The notes under the pieces were generated by a model, which was given only the letters and a program-made list of their open reading frames with translations, did no database searches and had not been told where the DNA came from. The translations under genes were made by a program, and so were the position numbers. 64,000 nucleotides of DNA from Planctomycetota bacterium (GTDB lineage Bacteria; Planctomycetota; SZUA-567; H5-PLA8), in assembly GCA_038227875.1 (NCBI GenBank), contig JBBRPR010000012.1, positions 32,001-96,000 of the forward strand, read 5' to 3'. Numbering within the stretch: position 1 is the stretch's first letter; each line of letters starts with the position of its first letter. Shown here piece after piece: positions 39,994 through 51,000 of the stretch.

Positions 39994-40424
39994 CGCGCCG
40001 GACTTCCCGCCCACGCGGTATGACGCTGATTGAAGTGCTGATCTCGTTTGCGATTTTGCTGACGGGCATGGTCAGCATTTTCGCTGTGCTGAACGCGGGG
40101 TTCGCGAACCACAAGCGCGCGATCAACGAGACGGAAGCCTCAATCGCAGCCGAATCGCTGCTCGATGGCATGCGCGCGGACTTTGCCGCGGGAAGTGTGC
40201 CGAGTTCCGATCTGAAGACATCCTTCCGCGAATACCCTGATGACCCACGCTTTACTTACAACCGGCTGGTGTTGCCGTTGGCTCCTGCGCGGCGCGGCAC
40301 CATCGGCGGAGCGGCCGATAAGGAATATTTCGTCCGCGTCACCGTGCGCTGGATGGAGAAGGGCGACGACAAGCTCGTCTCGTGCGACACGATCATGTTC
40401 CGCGGCGAAGACCGGCGGCGCTGA
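39990..40424 (+). CDS. Minor pseudopilin (GspI/PilV-like)
   Basis: RG|MTLIEVLISFAIL and C-terminal YFVRVTVRW. Confidence 0.8.
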   Translation: MTRRTSRPRGMTLIEVLISFAILLTGMVSIFAVLNAGFANHKRAINETEASIAAESLLDGMRADFAAGSVPSSDLKTSFREYPDDPRFTYNRLVLPLAPARRGTIGGAADKEYFVRVTVRWMEKGDDKLVSCDTIMFRGEDRRR

Positions 40425-40427
40425 TGA

Positions 40428-41168
40428 CTAACCGCCGGCCAGCGCGCGGCGCCACGTGGCGAGGACGTTTTCGCAGACCTGGGGGATTCCCACGCCCTTC
40501 GTAACCTGTGTGAAGAGGAATGGTCCGTCACCGCGCATTTTGCGGGCGTCGCGTTCCATCACTTTCAGATCAGCGCCGACATGCGGAGCGAGGTCGGTCT
40601 TGTTGATCACCAGCAAATCCGACTGCGTGATGCCGGGTCCGCCCTTCCGCGGGATCTTGTCGCCGCCGCTCACGTCAATCACATAGATGGTATAATCGAC
40701 CAGTTCGCGGCTGTATTGCGCGGCGAGGTTGTCACCGCCGCTTTCCACGAAGAGCAACTCGGGATGCAGGTCTTCCATGAGTTGCTCGAGGGCCAGCAGA
40801 TTGTGGCTGATGTCTTCGCGAATCGCCGCGTGCGGGCAGCCGCCGGTCTCGACGGCGCGAATGCGCGTCGCCGGCAGCGCCTGATTGCGGATTAGGAATT
40901 CTGCATCTTCTTTGGTGAAGATGTCGTTGGTGACGACGCCGAGCTGAAATTCATCACGCAAAGCGCGGCAGAGCGCCAATAGCAGCGCGGTCTTGCCGCT
41001 GCCCACGGGGCCACCGATGCCGACGGTGAACGAGCGGGCCTTGTAGTCGCGCGAGAGCGGTTTGTCGCGTTCGTGGAAAAGTCCGGCGTGCGCCCAGTTC
41101 TCGTGCGTGTGGCCGTGATCGCCGTGACTGTGCCCGTGTTCGCCGTGACTGTGGCCGTGGTCGTTCAT
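40428..41168 (-). CDS. ureG: Urease accessory GTPase UreG with His-rich N-terminus
   Basis: [28 protein letters not shown]-terminal [19 protein letters not shown]. Confidence 0.96.
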   Translation of the reverse strand: MNDHGHSHGEHGHSHGDHGHTHENWAHAGLFHERDKPLSRDYKARSFTVGIGGPVGSGKTALLLALCRALRDEFQLGVVTNDIFTKEDAEFLIRNQALPATRIRAVETGGCPHAAIREDISHNLLALEQLMEDLHPELLFVESGGDNLAAQYSRELVDYTIYVIDVSGGDKIPRKGGPGITQSDLLVINKTDLAPHVGADLKVMERDARKMRGDGPFLFTQVTKGVGIPQVCENVLATWRRALAGG

Positions 41169-41183
41169 CGGTAGTGCTCCATG

Positions 41184-41843
41184 CTAAGAGTAGAACAAAC
41201 GCGAGTAGAGTCGGTCGTGAGTGGCCTGAAAAATGTCCAGCAGCGGGGCCGTCTGCGCAAGGTCCTCGCGATTGAGTTCGCCACAGCGGTCGAGAACCGC
41301 GTTGACGTGCGGGTACGCGGCGAACTGAAGCTGCTGGCCTTCAAACGGTCCTACGATGCCCAGGCGGACGGCCGCCGAGACTATGCCGCGGAGCTGCGTG
41401 AAGAGGCAGAGTTCCTGCGTGTGGAAAAGATTGACGCTCAGCGCTCGCATCGTGGCTCCGCAGAGGGGCGCGTAATGAAAGCTGGATTTTGCTGCTTTGG
41501 CGGTGCGTTGGAGCGCGTCGATTTCCGGGAGCGGAAAGCAGCGCCCGCACGTCGAGAGCAACGCGCGGCCTTGCATGCGGCTGGCACGGTTGGCGACGGC
41601 GTTGGTCAAGAAGATGTCGCAGCGGCGGTCAAGCTCTAGTAGATCCTCCGGCGCATGATGCGCGGCGTTGACGAGCGGGACCACGCCGAATCCGGTCTGC
41701 CAGAGCGAATCGACGAGAAAACTTTGCAACGCGGCTGCGTTGGCAACTTCGCCCTGCTGCCACGCGGCTTCCAATCCGGCAGAGTGGGCGAAGCCGCCCG
41801 TCGGAAATGCTGAGTCGGCGAGTTGGAGCAGTAGCCAGTCCAT
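41184..41843 (-). CDS. ureF: Urease accessory protein UreF
   Basis: ATG at 41843 gives MDWLLLQLADSAFPTGGFAHSAGLE; SAAVRL; C-terminal HDRLYSRLFYS. Confidence 0.93.
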   Translation of the reverse strand: MDWLLLQLADSAFPTGGFAHSAGLEAAWQQGEVANAAALQSFLVDSLWQTGFGVVPLVNAAHHAPEDLLELDRRCDIFLTNAVANRASRMQGRALLSTCGRCFPLPEIDALQRTAKAAKSSFHYAPLCGATMRALSVNLFHTQELCLFTQLRGIVSAAVRLGIVGPFEGQQLQFAAYPHVNAVLDRCGELNREDLAQTAPLLDIFQATHDRLYSRLFYS

Positions 41844-41851
41844 GCCGGGCC

Positions 41852-43567
41852 TCAGAAGAGGAAGTACCGCTGCGTCAGCGGCAGCGATTTCGCCGGCTCG
41901 CACTTCAGGTGCACACCATCGGCAAAGACGCTGAACGATTCGGGATCGACGGTGATCTTCGGCGTCGCATCGTTGAGCTTCATGTCGCTCTTCTTGACCG
42001 TGCGGCAGCCGCGGACGGCAATGCACTCCTTTTGCAGGCCGTATTTCTGAACGACGTTGTCTTCGAGCGAACGCTGCGAAACAAACGCGAGACTCGTGCG
42101 CGGCGTGGCCCGGCCGAACGCGCCGAACATCGGGCGCATCAACACAGGCTGCGGCGTGGGGATGGAAGCGTTGGCGTCGCCCATCTGCGCCCACGCGATG
42201 AAGCCGCTCTTGAGGACCATCTCAGGTTTCGCGCCGAAGAAGGCGGGCTTCCAGAGGATCAAATCCGCTAGCTTGCCAACTTCGACGGAACCGATTTCAT
42301 GGCCGACGCCGTGGGCGAGGGCGGGGTTGATCGTGTACTTCGCGACGTAGCGGCGGATGCGCTGGTTGTCGTTCGCGCCTTGTTCGCCGGGCAGCCGGCC
42401 GCGCTGCTGGCGCATTTTGTGCGCTGTCTGCCACGTGCGAGTGACGACTTCGCCGACACGTCCCATCGCCTGGCTGTCGCTGGAGATCATGCTGATTGCG
42501 CCCAGGTCGTGGAGGATATCCTCGGCGGCGATGGTCTCGCCGCGGATGCGGCTTTCGGCGAAGGCAACGTCTTCAGTGATGTTCTTGTCGAGATGGTGGC
42601 AGACCATCAGCATGTCGAGGTGTTCGTCGAGCGTGTTGACGGTGAACGGACGCGTGGGATTCGTGGAACTGGGAAGAACATTGGGTTCGCTGCAGACTTT
42701 AATGATGTCGGGTGCGTGTCCGCCGCCGGCGCCTTCGGTGTGATAGGTGTGAATGGTGCGGCCCTTGAACGCGGCGATGGAATCGTCCACGAATCCAGAT
42801 TCGTTGAGCGTATCGGTGTGGATGGTGACTTGAACGTCGTGCTCGCCGGCGACGGTGAGGCAGCAGTCGATGGCGGCGGGTGTGGTCCCCCAATCTTCGT
42901 GGAGCTTCAAGCCGATCGCGCCGCCGCGAATTTGATCCAGCAGGCCGTGGGGCAGGGAGGTGTTGCCTTTTCCGGTGAAGCCGAAGTTCATCGGCAGGCC
43001 GTCGGTGGCTTGGAGCATCAATTCCAGATGGCGTGCGCCGGGCGTGCAGGTGGTGGCGTTGGTCCCGGTCGCCGGGCCGGTGCCGCCGCCGATAAAGGTG
43101 GTGACGCCGCTGGCCAGCGCTTCAAAAACCTGCTGCGGACAAATGTAGTGAATGTGCGAATCGATGCCGCCAGCGGTGATGATGTGGCCTTCGCCAGCGA
43201 TGACTTCGGTGGTGACGCCGACGATCATGCCCGGCGCGACGCCGGCCATGACGTCGGGGTTACCGGCTTTGCCGATGCCGTGGATGCGTCCATTTTTGAT
43301 ACCGATGTCGGCTTTGTAAATGCCGGACCAGTCGACGATCAGCGCGTTGGTGATGACACAGTCCAGCGCATCGGCCTGCGACACGCCGGAGGCTTGGCCC
43401 ATGCCGTCGCGGAGGACTTTGCCGCCGCCGAATTTGCATTCGTCGCCGTAGACGGTGTGATCGCGTTCGACTTGGGCGATCAGACCGGTATCGCCGAGCC
43501 GCACGGTGTCGCCAGTCGTCGGTCCGAAGATGTCCGCGTACTGATTGCGTTTGATGGAGAGACTCAT
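41852..43567 (-). CDS. ureC: Urease alpha subunit
   Basis: [57 protein letters not shown]. Confidence 0.98.
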   Translation of the reverse strand: MSLSIKRNQYADIFGPTTGDTVRLGDTGLIAQVERDHTVYGDECKFGGGKVLRDGMGQASGVSQADALDCVITNALIVDWSGIYKADIGIKNGRIHGIGKAGNPDVMAGVAPGMIVGVTTEVIAGEGHIITAGGIDSHIHYICPQQVFEALASGVTTFIGGGTGPATGTNATTCTPGARHLELMLQATDGLPMNFGFTGKGNTSLPHGLLDQIRGGAIGLKLHEDWGTTPAAIDCCLTVAGEHDVQVTIHTDTLNESGFVDDSIAAFKGRTIHTYHTEGAGGGHAPDIIKVCSEPNVLPSSTNPTRPFTVNTLDEHLDMLMVCHHLDKNITEDVAFAESRIRGETIAAEDILHDLGAISMISSDSQAMGRVGEVVTRTWQTAHKMRQQRGRLPGEQGANDNQRIRRYVAKYTINPALAHGVGHEIGSVEVGKLADLILWKPAFFGAKPEMVLKSGFIAWAQMGDANASIPTPQPVLMRPMFGAFGRATPRTSLAFVSQRSLEDNVVQKYGLQKECIAVRGCRTVKKSDMKLNDATPKITVDPESFSVFADGVHLKCEPAKSLPLTQRYFLF

Positions 43568-44358
43568 GCGGCACCTCCTGCTTTCGGCGGTTCCGGTTCG
43601 TGGCCAAATCCCCGCGACGCGACGGCGGCCATCGCCTTCGCCTGATTTTCAATACTGACCGGACCATCCGCGACGGCGTTGCCACCATGGATGACGCGAT
43701 TGCCGGCGATGGCGCAAAGTTGGACAGTTTTGGATTCGCCGGGATCGAAACGGACGGCGGTGCCGGCGGGAATGTCGAGCCGCTTGCCGTAGGCACGGGT
43801 GCGATCAAAGCTCAGTGCGCGGTTGGTTTCAATGAAATGGTAATGGCTCCCCACTTGGATTGGGCGGTCGCCACGGTTGGTGACTTTCAGCACGGCAACG
43901 TCGCGGCCGGCGTTGAGTTCGATCTCGCCGGCGGCCGTAGCGACTTCGCCGGGGCTGACCGATTCCGGCGCGTTTACACGCTGAGCGGCGAAGGCTTCGG
44001 GCTTGGGCACGGGCAGGAAACTGCCGTACAGCGCCAGCGCGAGATTGCCGTGCTCGGCGACGATGGGCGTGTGGACGGTGACCAATTTCGAGCCGTCGGG
44101 AAACGTGCCTTCGATCTGGACTTCGTGGATCAGATCGGGAATGCCGTCGAGCACTTCGGCGCGGCCGAGCAACTGGCGGCCCAGGTCCATGAGCTCCGCG
44201 ACCGATTTGCCTTCGCGGATGAATTCGAGCATCTGCGTGGCGATCAGCGCGACGGCTTCGGGATGATTCAAGCGCAGGCCGCGCGCGAGGCGTTTTTGCG
44301 CGAGGAAGCCGGCTTGATGGAGCACCAATTTATCGAGTTCGTGCGGCGTTAAGTGCAT
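43564..44358 (-). CDS. ureAB: Fused urease gamma/beta subunit
   Basis: Gamma motifs [13 protein letters not shown] and [12 protein letters not shown] and beta motifs [13 protein letters not shown] and [12 protein letters not shown] in a single ORF. Confidence 0.96.
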   Translation of the reverse strand: MHLTPHELDKLVLHQAGFLAQKRLARGLRLNHPEAVALIATQMLEFIREGKSVAELMDLGRQLLGRAEVLDGIPDLIHEVQIEGTFPDGSKLVTVHTPIVAEHGNLALALYGSFLPVPKPEAFAAQRVNAPESVSPGEVATAAGEIELNAGRDVAVLKVTNRGDRPIQVGSHYHFIETNRALSFDRTRAYGKRLDIPAGTAVRFDPGESKTVQLCAIAGNRVIHGGNAVADGPVSIENQAKAMAAVASRGFGHEPEPPKAGGAA

Positions 44359-44371
44359 GAGCTGTCCTCGA

Positions 44372-45262
44372 TCACCATTTTCTCGACCACGGATTGTCGC
44401 CTAAAAGCGTGGGCACAAAGCTTAAAGTGGCGTGAATATTTCGCCCAACTTCTTCCACGGAAGATCCCAGAATGCGCAGCAGCGTGCCGGAATTCCTGAG
44501 CGGACTGGCGGTGCAGAGCAGATCGGCATTGCGCTTTAGTGGCGCCGCGGCGAGCGCGGCCTGAATGTCGGCTCCGAATTGCGCCAAACGCGGGCCGCAG
44601 AGGACAATCGACGCGAACGAATTGAAGCGGCGCAGCCGGCTGGCGATCGGGCCCTGCTCGGGGTTGAGGCGGAGGACGTCGTGGAGAATCTCGTCGCCAT
44701 GCTGTTCGATCGTCGTTTTGTTTTCGTAATGACGGAAAGCCCAGCGTTCGCCCATCGCGACACGCCCAGCCGACAGCCAATCGACGAAAACCAGATTGGC
44801 ATCCCCGGCGAGCGAAAAATGCTGAGTCTGAGAGAATTGTGAGTCGGCGAAACAGACCAGCGGGTCGGGAGCGATGATCAGTAACCCGCCGGAGTCAACG
44901 GTGGCGTGCAGCGCTTGCGAGGTTGCCAATTCCGAGCGGTAAACCTTGGTCGACGATTGCGTCGAGTAGAAAGCCGTGGCATGTGCGTCGACCTTAATCT
45001 GAACATCAAGGGTATCGCCGCCGACAAGTCCGCCGCCATATGTACTGGAATAAACCCAAGCCCCGCAGCCGTGGTTGCGCGGGTGGAGAAACTTCAGGGG
45101 ATTTTGCGCGAATTGGCGTTGCAGTACTGTGCCCGTTTCAGTGCGCAAAAATTGCAGCACACCGCGACCGGGCTTGGAATTGAACTGCGGAATTAAATAT
45201 TGCGGCGCAGCAGATTCCATCTTGTTGCCGGTGAAAAAGCGTGCGCTGAGAGAGGCGTCCAC
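44372..45262 (-). CDS. ureD: Urease accessory protein UreD
   Basis: [34 protein letters not shown]. Start may be the ATG at 45220. Confidence 0.92.
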   Translation of the reverse strand: MDASLSARFFTGNKMESAAPQYLIPQFNSKPGRGVLQFLRTETGTVLQRQFAQNPLKFLHPRNHGCGAWVYSSTYGGGLVGGDTLDVQIKVDAHATAFYSTQSSTKVYRSELATSQALHATVDSGGLLIIAPDPLVCFADSQFSQTQHFSLAGDANLVFVDWLSAGRVAMGERWAFRHYENKTTIEQHGDEILHDVLRLNPEQGPIASRLRRFNSFASIVLCGPRLAQFGADIQAALAAAPLKRNADLLCTASPLRNSGTLLRILGSSVEEVGRNIHATLSFVPTLLGDNPWSRKW

Positions 45263-45278
45263 GAAAAATTCTTCCCGA

Positions 45279-45977
45279 TTAGACGCTAAGGTGTTCTTTG
45301 ATCGAATGCAGTTCCAGGGACGCGGTCAGTCCGCCTGTCACGATGCGTCCGCGATTCATGATGACATAACTGTCGCCGAATTCTTTGACAAAATCGACGT
45401 ACTGTTCCACCAGGACGATGGCCATGTCGCCGCGCTTGCTGAGCTTGCGCAGCACTTCGCCGATCTGCGTGATGATCGACGGCTGAATGCCTTCGGTCGG
45501 TTCGTCGAGTAGCAGCACACCGGGATTTCCCGCCAGCGCGCGGCCGATCGCCAGTTGCTGCTGCTGACCGCCGGAAAGATCGCCGCCCATGCGCCCGCGC
45601 ATCTGGTGGAGCACGGGGAAGAGTTCGAAGATTTCATCCGGAATCTTTTTCACGCCGTCTTCGCGCGCCTGCAATCCGACGCGGAGATTTTCTTCGACGG
45701 TCATGCGCGGGAAAATCTCGCGGCCCTGCGGCACGAGATTGACGCCGAGCTTCGCGCGCGTGTATGGCGGCAATTGCGAGATCTCTTTTCCCGCCAGCAG
45801 GATGCTGCCGGCCGCGGGCTTCAAGGTACCCATGATGTTGCGCAGCAGCGTGGTCTTGCCGACGCCATTGCGGCCCATGATGCAGGTGACCTTGCCCAGT
45901 TCGATGTCGAGCGTGATGCCGTAGAGAATCTGCGCTTCTCCGTAGGCGAAATCGAGTTTGTTGATGCTTAAGATCAT
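45279..45977 (-). CDS. urtE: Urea ABC transporter ATP-binding subunit
   Basis: GRNGVGKT, VPQGREIF, GGDLSGGQQQQLAI, DEPTEGIQPSI. Confidence 0.93.
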   Translation of the reverse strand: MILSINKLDFAYGEAQILYGITLDIELGKVTCIMGRNGVGKTTLLRNIMGTLKPAAGSILLAGKEISQLPPYTRAKLGVNLVPQGREIFPRMTVEENLRVGLQAREDGVKKIPDEIFELFPVLHQMRGRMGGDLSGGQQQQLAIGRALAGNPGVLLLDEPTEGIQPSIITQIGEVLRKLSKRGDMAIVLVEQYVDFVKEFGDSYVIMNRGRIVTGGLTASLELHSIKEHLSV

Positions 45978-45980
45978 GCG

Positions 45981-46724
45981 TTAGCGGCCCAAGTACGCTT
46001 CGATGACGCGCGGATCGGCTTGCACGGTGGCCAGCGGTCCTTCGCAGAGGAGCTTGCCTTCGCAGAGCACAGTGACCTTGGTACTGATCTGGCGCACAAA
46101 TTCCATGTCGTGTTCGATCACGATGATGGTGTGTTGTCCGGCGAGTTCCAGCAGCAATTCGCCGGTGAGGCGCGTTTCTTCGTCGCTCAATCCCGCGGCC
46201 GGTTCGTCAACCAGCAGCAGCTTGGGGCTCTGCAGGATCAGCATGCTGATCTCGAGCCATTGGCGCTGACCGTGGCTGAGATGTTTGGCGGCAATGTTCG
46301 CTTCGCCTCCGAGCCCGACGCGTTCCAGCAACTGCATGATGCGGTTGTGCTGATCGCCTTTGATTTTCGCTCTGAGGGTGTGAAGCGTGCCGCGTTCGCC
46401 GGGGAGTGCGAGTTCCATGTTTTCGTAGACCGAAAGACTGTCGAAAACAGTGGGCGTCTGAAATTTACGGCCGACGCCGAGCGCGCCGATGGAATCTTCC
46501 GGCAGCTTGGAGATTTCGCGGCCCTGAAAGTAGACGAGCCCTTCGGTCGGCTTGGTTTTGCCGCTGATGACGTCACAGAGCGTGGTCTTGCCGGCTCCAT
46601 TGGGGCCGATGACGACGCGCAATTCGTTCTCGGCAACGGAGAATTCTTCGATGTCGAGCGCTTTAAAGCCGTCGAAGAGGACTTTTACTTTTTCCAGACG
46701 GATCATGCTGTCGGTGGCGCTCAT
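45981..46724 (-). CDS. urtD: Urea ABC transporter ATP-binding subunit
   Basis: FDGFKAL, GPNGAGKT, GRKFQTP, LSHGQRQWLEI. Confidence 0.93.
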   Translation of the reverse strand: MSATDSMIRLEKVKVLFDGFKALDIEEFSVAENELRVVIGPNGAGKTTLCDVISGKTKPTEGLVYFQGREISKLPEDSIGALGVGRKFQTPTVFDSLSVYENMELALPGERGTLHTLRAKIKGDQHNRIMQLLERVGLGGEANIAAKHLSHGQRQWLEISMLILQSPKLLLVDEPAAGLSDEETRLTGELLLELAGQHTIIVIEHDMEFVRQISTKVTVLCEGKLLCEGPLATVQADPRVIEAYLGR

Positions 46725-47956
46725 GCTTTGACTCCTTGCGCCTTAGATTCCACCGCTGAAGCGGGAGGAGTGGCGGTGGGCGGGAGCGTTGATGCGGACT
46801 TGGCTTCTTTCACGTCGGGGAAATATTTCTTCCAGAGTCCGACAAGGCCGTCGGGCATGAAAAGCACCACGCCGAGGAAGAGCAGACCGAGCACAAACTG
46901 CCAGCCCTTGGGGCCGAGCAGAAGTTCCAGTGTTTTCTGCATGAACGAGGCGTCGTTCGCGCCGACGTTCGAGTAGATCTGATTGTAGATCGTGCCGCTG
47001 GTGAGAATCGAATAGAGGTAGTTGACGACCACCGAGCCGAGGATGGCCCCGGAAAGCGTGCAGCGTCCGCCGACGGCGACGAGCACTACCAGGAAGATGG
47101 ACTTGTCCGGCTCCATGTTGAACGGCGTGATGATGCCCGTCTGCGGGGTGTAGAGCATGCCGCCGATGCCGGCGATCGCGGCGGCGAGCGTGAAGACGGA
47201 AAGTTTGTAGAAGAGAGGCTTGTAGCCCAGAGCTCGGAGGCGCCCTTCGTTGTCGCGAATGGCGGCGAGGACACGGCCGAAGCGGGAATTCACGAGCGCG
47301 CGGCACAGTAGGTAGAGCGCGGCGAGCACGAGCACTGTCAACAGGTAGAGTCCCAACTTTACGCCGGGTTTGGTGAGATCGAATCCGCCCAGCGTGACGA
47401 AGTTGGTCAGGCCGTTGGTGCCGCACAGCCGCAGTTCGTTGCGGCGGAAGAGGAGACAGACGCCGAGCGTGGTGGCCTGCGTGATGATCGAGAAATACAC
47501 GCCTTTGACGCGGCTGCGGAAGGCGAAAAATCCGAAGATGAACGCAAAGAGTCCTGGCACGAACATCGCGAGGAGGATCGCCACGGGCAGCGTTTGAAAG
47601 GGCTCCCAGAACGCGGGCAGTTTGAAGCCGCTGACATCGGACGTCACGACGAACAGGCTGCGCGGGATGCCTTCGCCGTCGAGCGGGCCGTGCAGGGCCA
47701 TGTGCATGCCGATGGCGTAACCGCCGAGTGTGAAAAACATGGCTTGGCAGAGCGTCAGAATGCCGGTGTAGCCCCAGACCAGATCGATGCCGATGGCGAC
47801 GATGGCGAAACAGAGAAATCGGCCGAGCTGGTTGACAGTTTCGATGCTCAGCACGTTCGCGGCGTAAAGCGCCGGAACGACTACCATCGCCAGCACCAGA
47901 CCGAAAATCGGCGCGTTCGCGGCCCAGCGGTTGGAGGGACCGGGGGCGTTAGACAT
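46721..47956 (-). CDS. urtC: Urea ABC transporter permease
   Basis: DLVWGYTGIL, FRSRVKGVYFSIITQA, GTNGLT, AIRDNE. Confidence 0.92.
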   Translation of the reverse strand: MSNAPGPSNRWAANAPIFGLVLAMVVVPALYAANVLSIETVNQLGRFLCFAIVAIGIDLVWGYTGILTLCQAMFFTLGGYAIGMHMALHGPLDGEGIPRSLFVVTSDVSGFKLPAFWEPFQTLPVAILLAMFVPGLFAFIFGFFAFRSRVKGVYFSIITQATTLGVCLLFRRNELRLCGTNGLTNFVTLGGFDLTKPGVKLGLYLLTVLVLAALYLLCRALVNSRFGRVLAAIRDNEGRLRALGYKPLFYKLSVFTLAAAIAGIGGMLYTPQTGIITPFNMEPDKSIFLVVLVAVGGRCTLSGAILGSVVVNYLYSILTSGTIYNQIYSNVGANDASFMQKTLELLLGPKGWQFVLGLLFLGVVLFMPDGLVGLWKKYFPDVKEAKSASTLPPTATPPASAVESKAQGVKA

Positions 47957-49652
47957 CGGCGTGTCTGCCTTTCGCCGGGAAGAAGCCAGACGGCCGCCAC
48001 TGAATAAAGACGACGACGAAGAGCAAGATCAGCACTTTTGCCCAGACGGCCTGGAATAGCGGTTCAAGCACCTTGTTGAGGCAACCCAGCGTCATGCCTG
48101 CCCAGATCGCACCAGCCAGTTTTCCAACACCGCCGGTGACGACAACCATGAACGAGTCGACGATGTAATTCTGGCCCATGTCCGGTGTGACGCCGCCGAT
48201 TTGAGTCAGCGCGCAACCGGCCAGACCGGCGAGCCCCGCACCGAGCGCGAACGTGTAGCCATCGATTTTTCGCGTCTGCACGCCCAGCGCGGCGGCCATG
48301 TTGCGATTCTGAGTGGTCGCGCGCAGCAGCAGCCCCAAGTTGGTTTTTCCAATGATCAAGTACATGCCCACAATGCAGACGATACAGAACGCGATGATGA
48401 AGATTCGATTGTACGGAAGGACGACGCCTTGCACGATCTCCGCGCCGCCCTGCAGCCACGTCGGGCTGTTGACAGCGATGTTGTCGCCGAATTGCAGGCG
48501 CACGAGCTGGATCAGGATCAGACTTATGCCGTACGTGGCGAGCAACGTTTCCAGGGGCCGACCGTAAAGGTGGCGGATAATCAGCCGCTCCATCAGGTAG
48601 CCGACCAACGCGGACGCGAGAAACGAAATCGGGATCGCGAGCACGAAATACCAATTGAACGCGCTGGCCGGAAGCCAGTGGTTGGCCATCGCCGCTTCGA
48701 AACCGCGCTGCGTGAGGTACGTGGCGTAGGCACCGATCATCATCAATTCGCCGTGAGCCATGTTGATCACGCCCATCAGGCCGAAAATGATCGAGAGGCC
48801 CAGCGCCATCAGCACGAGAATCGATCCCAGCGACAGGCCGCTGAATACGTAGGAAACACCGCGGCCGAAGGATTCGTGACTTTCGATCGTGGCGACGGCG
48901 TCGTCAATGGGCTTCTGAAGCTGCGTAAGCTTGGTGCTTTTCTTCAGGTCCTTGAGTTTCGAGAGCGCGCGGCCGGACGTGAGCTGTCCGAGCTTCGCGA
49001 TCGCTTTCTCGAGCTCCTCGGGCTTGGATTCGGGATCGGAGAGTTGGAGCAGCGCGATGCTTTCTTCGATAGCCGTGCGCACCTTCGCGTTCTGCTCCAG
49101 TTCCAGGCGCGCTTTGAGCGCGGGAATCAGATTGGTGTTGTCACCGTCGCCGACTTTCACCACGGCGTTCAAGCGCGCATCGGTGTCGGCATCGCTGAGG
49201 CGCAGACGCACGATGGCGTCTTTCACCGCGATGCGTTCGCGGTTGGAGACATCGACTTCTTTCAGCGCGCTTTTGAGGATCAATCCTTCCGGCGCGGCGT
49301 CCTTGTCCACGATGACTTCTCGCGTGAACGGATGGAGCAGTTTGACGCGCTTGGTTTCTTTCGTTTCTTTGGGATCGCCGGTTTCTTCGCCGATGACGAT
49401 TTGGCCTTTGAACAGGTAGGCGTTGCCCTTGGAGTAGTCTTCGAAAAATGCGATGAGCCGGCTGTCGCCGCTGGCGGCAAGCGCGTTGATCGCGGCCTTT
49501 TTGATCTTGGCGGAATCGTCGGTCAACTCGAGGAGTTTGGCGGAAAGATCCGGCGCCGCTTCAGGAGTTGCGGCCTGGAGGGCACTGGCGCCACAGACAG
49601 TCGCGAACAGTACGGCCAGCGCGGTAAGAGTTGAAAATCGGAAGGGCAACAA
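47949..49652 (-). CDS. urtB: Urea ABC transporter permease with N-terminal periplasmic HEAT-like region
   Basis: GLMGVINMAHGE, LYGRPLETLLAT, YIVDSFMVVVTGG. N-terminal signal peptide and helical domain. Confidence 0.92.
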   Translation of the reverse strand: MLPFRFSTLTALAVLFATVCGASALQAATPEAAPDLSAKLLELTDDSAKIKKAAINALAASGDSRLIAFFEDYSKGNAYLFKGQIVIGEETGDPKETKETKRVKLLHPFTREVIVDKDAAPEGLILKSALKEVDVSNRERIAVKDAIVRLRLSDADTDARLNAVVKVGDGDNTNLIPALKARLELEQNAKVRTAIEESIALLQLSDPESKPEELEKAIAKLGQLTSGRALSKLKDLKKSTKLTQLQKPIDDAVATIESHESFGRGVSYVFSGLSLGSILVLMALGLSIIFGLMGVINMAHGELMMIGAYATYLTQRGFEAAMANHWLPASAFNWYFVLAIPISFLASALVGYLMERLIIRHLYGRPLETLLATYGISLILIQLVRLQFGDNIAVNSPTWLQGGAEIVQGVVLPYNRIFIIAFCIVCIVGMYLIIGKTNLGLLLRATTQNRNMAAALGVQTRKIDGYTFALGAGLAGLAGCALTQIGGVTPDMGQNYIVDSFMVVVTGGVGKLAGAIWAGMTLGCLNKVLEPLFQAVWAKVLILLFVVVFIQWRPSGFFPAKGRHADV

Positions 49653-49675
49653 GGAATTCCTTTGGCGTTTAGAGT

Positions 49676-49710
49676 GAATCCCGGCCGCTTGACAGCAGCG
49701 GCCGGGATTC
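49676..49710. terminator. Stem-loop between urtA and urtB (mRNA stabiliser or partial terminator)
   Basis: gaatcccggccgct...agcggccgggattc, 14-bp arms. Confidence 0.7.
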
Positions 49711-49734
49711 TCTGCGGACGTTGTTCGCTAAAAT

Positions 49735-51000
49735 TTACTTCTTGGGACCGCCGGTGGGCGCGGGGATCTTGGAAGCATCCGGCCACAGGTACGAGCTGTA
49801 CGAGTCGGGCTTGACGAGTCCCTTGGACTTCCAGACGATCTTGAACTGGCCGTCTTTCAGGATTTCGCCGACGTAGACCGGCTTCAACGTGTGCTGATTC
49901 TTGTCGTCCATCTTCTTCTTGCCGCCCGGAGCATCGAACTCCAGACCGTAGACTGCGGCGCGAACTTTGTCGACTTCGAAGCTCTTGGCCTTTTCGCAGG
50001 CCGCCTTCCACACGTACACGCCATAGTACGCGGCTTCGATCGGGTCGTCGGTCACGCGGTCCTTGCCGCCGGGCAAGTTGTTCTTGGCGCAGAACGCCTT
50101 GAACGCTTCGACGAAGGCTTTGTTTTCCGGCGTGTCGATCGACATGTAATAGTTCCAGCAGGCGAGATGCCCGACCAGAGGCGGTACGTCCATCGCGCGG
50201 AGTTCGTCTTCAGCGACCGAGAACGCCATGATCGGGCAGTCAGCGCTGGTCAGTCCCTGATTGGCGAATTCCTTGTAGAATGGCACGTTGCTGTCGCCGT
50301 TGATCGTGGAGAGGACGCAGGCCTTGCCACCCTTGGCGAACGCCTTGATCTTGCCGACGATCGTCTGGTAGTCCTGATGATGGAACGGCGTGTACTCTTC
50401 GAGCACGTTTTCGTCCGGCACGCCTTTGCTCTTCAAGAATGCCTTCAGCACCTTGTTGGCCGTGCGCGGGAAGACGTAGTCGGTACCCAGCAGGTAGAAC
50501 TTTTTGTAGCTGCCGCCATCTTCGCTCATCATGTATTCAGCGGCAGGCACGAGCTGCTGGTTGGGTGAGGCCGCGGTGTAGAAGACGTTGAGCGACTGTT
50601 CTTCACCTTCGTACTGCACGGGGTAGAAGAGCAATGCGTTATTGGATTCGAACACCGGCAGCACGGACTTGCGGCTAACCGACGTCCAGCATCCAAACGT
50701 CACAGCGACCTTGTCCTGATTGATCAACTGCTTGGCTTTTTCAGCGAACAAATCCCAATTGCTGGCCGGATCGACCACGACGGGTTTGATCTGCTTGCCG
50801 AGCACGCCGCCCTTGGCGTTGATTTCATCGACGGCCATCAACACAACGTCCTTGAGGGACGTTTCGGAGATCGCCATCGTTCCGCTGAGCGAATGCAGAA
50901 TGCCGATCTTTACGGGTTCGTCTTCCGCGCGAGCAACACCCAGTGTCGTCACAGCCAGTGCCAACACCAATGCCAACATCGCCCTGCAATTTACTCTCAT
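49735..51000 (-). CDS. urtA: Urea ABC transporter substrate-binding protein
   Basis: KIGILHSLSGTMAISE, FGCWTSVSRK, YPVQYEG, GTDYVFPRT, STINGDSN. ATG at 51000 with GGAGGA upstream. Confidence 0.95.
   Translation of the reverse strand: MRVNCRAMLALVLALAVTTLGVARAEDEPVKIGILHSLSGTMAISETSLKDVVLMAVDEINAKGGVLGKQIKPVVVDPASNWDLFAEKAKQLINQDKVAVTFGCWTSVSRKSVLPVFESNNALLFYPVQYEGEEQSLNVFYTAASPNQQLVPAAEYMMSEDGGSYKKFYLLGTDYVFPRTANKVLKAFLKSKGVPDENVLEEYTPFHHQDYQTIVGKIKAFAKGGKACVLSTINGDSNVPFYKEFANQGLTSADCPIMAFSVAEDELRAMDVPPLVGHLACWNYYMSIDTPENKAFVEAFKAFCAKNNLPGGKDRVTDDPIEAAYYGVYVWKAACEKAKSFEVDKVRAAVYGLEFDAPGGKKKMDDKNQHTLKPVYVGEILKDGQFKIVWKSKGLVKPDSYSSYLWPDASKIPAPTGGPKK

Noticed and set aside
41844..42194. N-terminal extension of UreF in the ORF track
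   Set aside because: Overlaps ureC in another frame; UreF homology begins at the ATG at 41843.
47949..49652. Long N-terminal domain of UrtB as a novelty
   Set aside because: Extended periplasmic N-termini are already familiar in many UrtB proteins.
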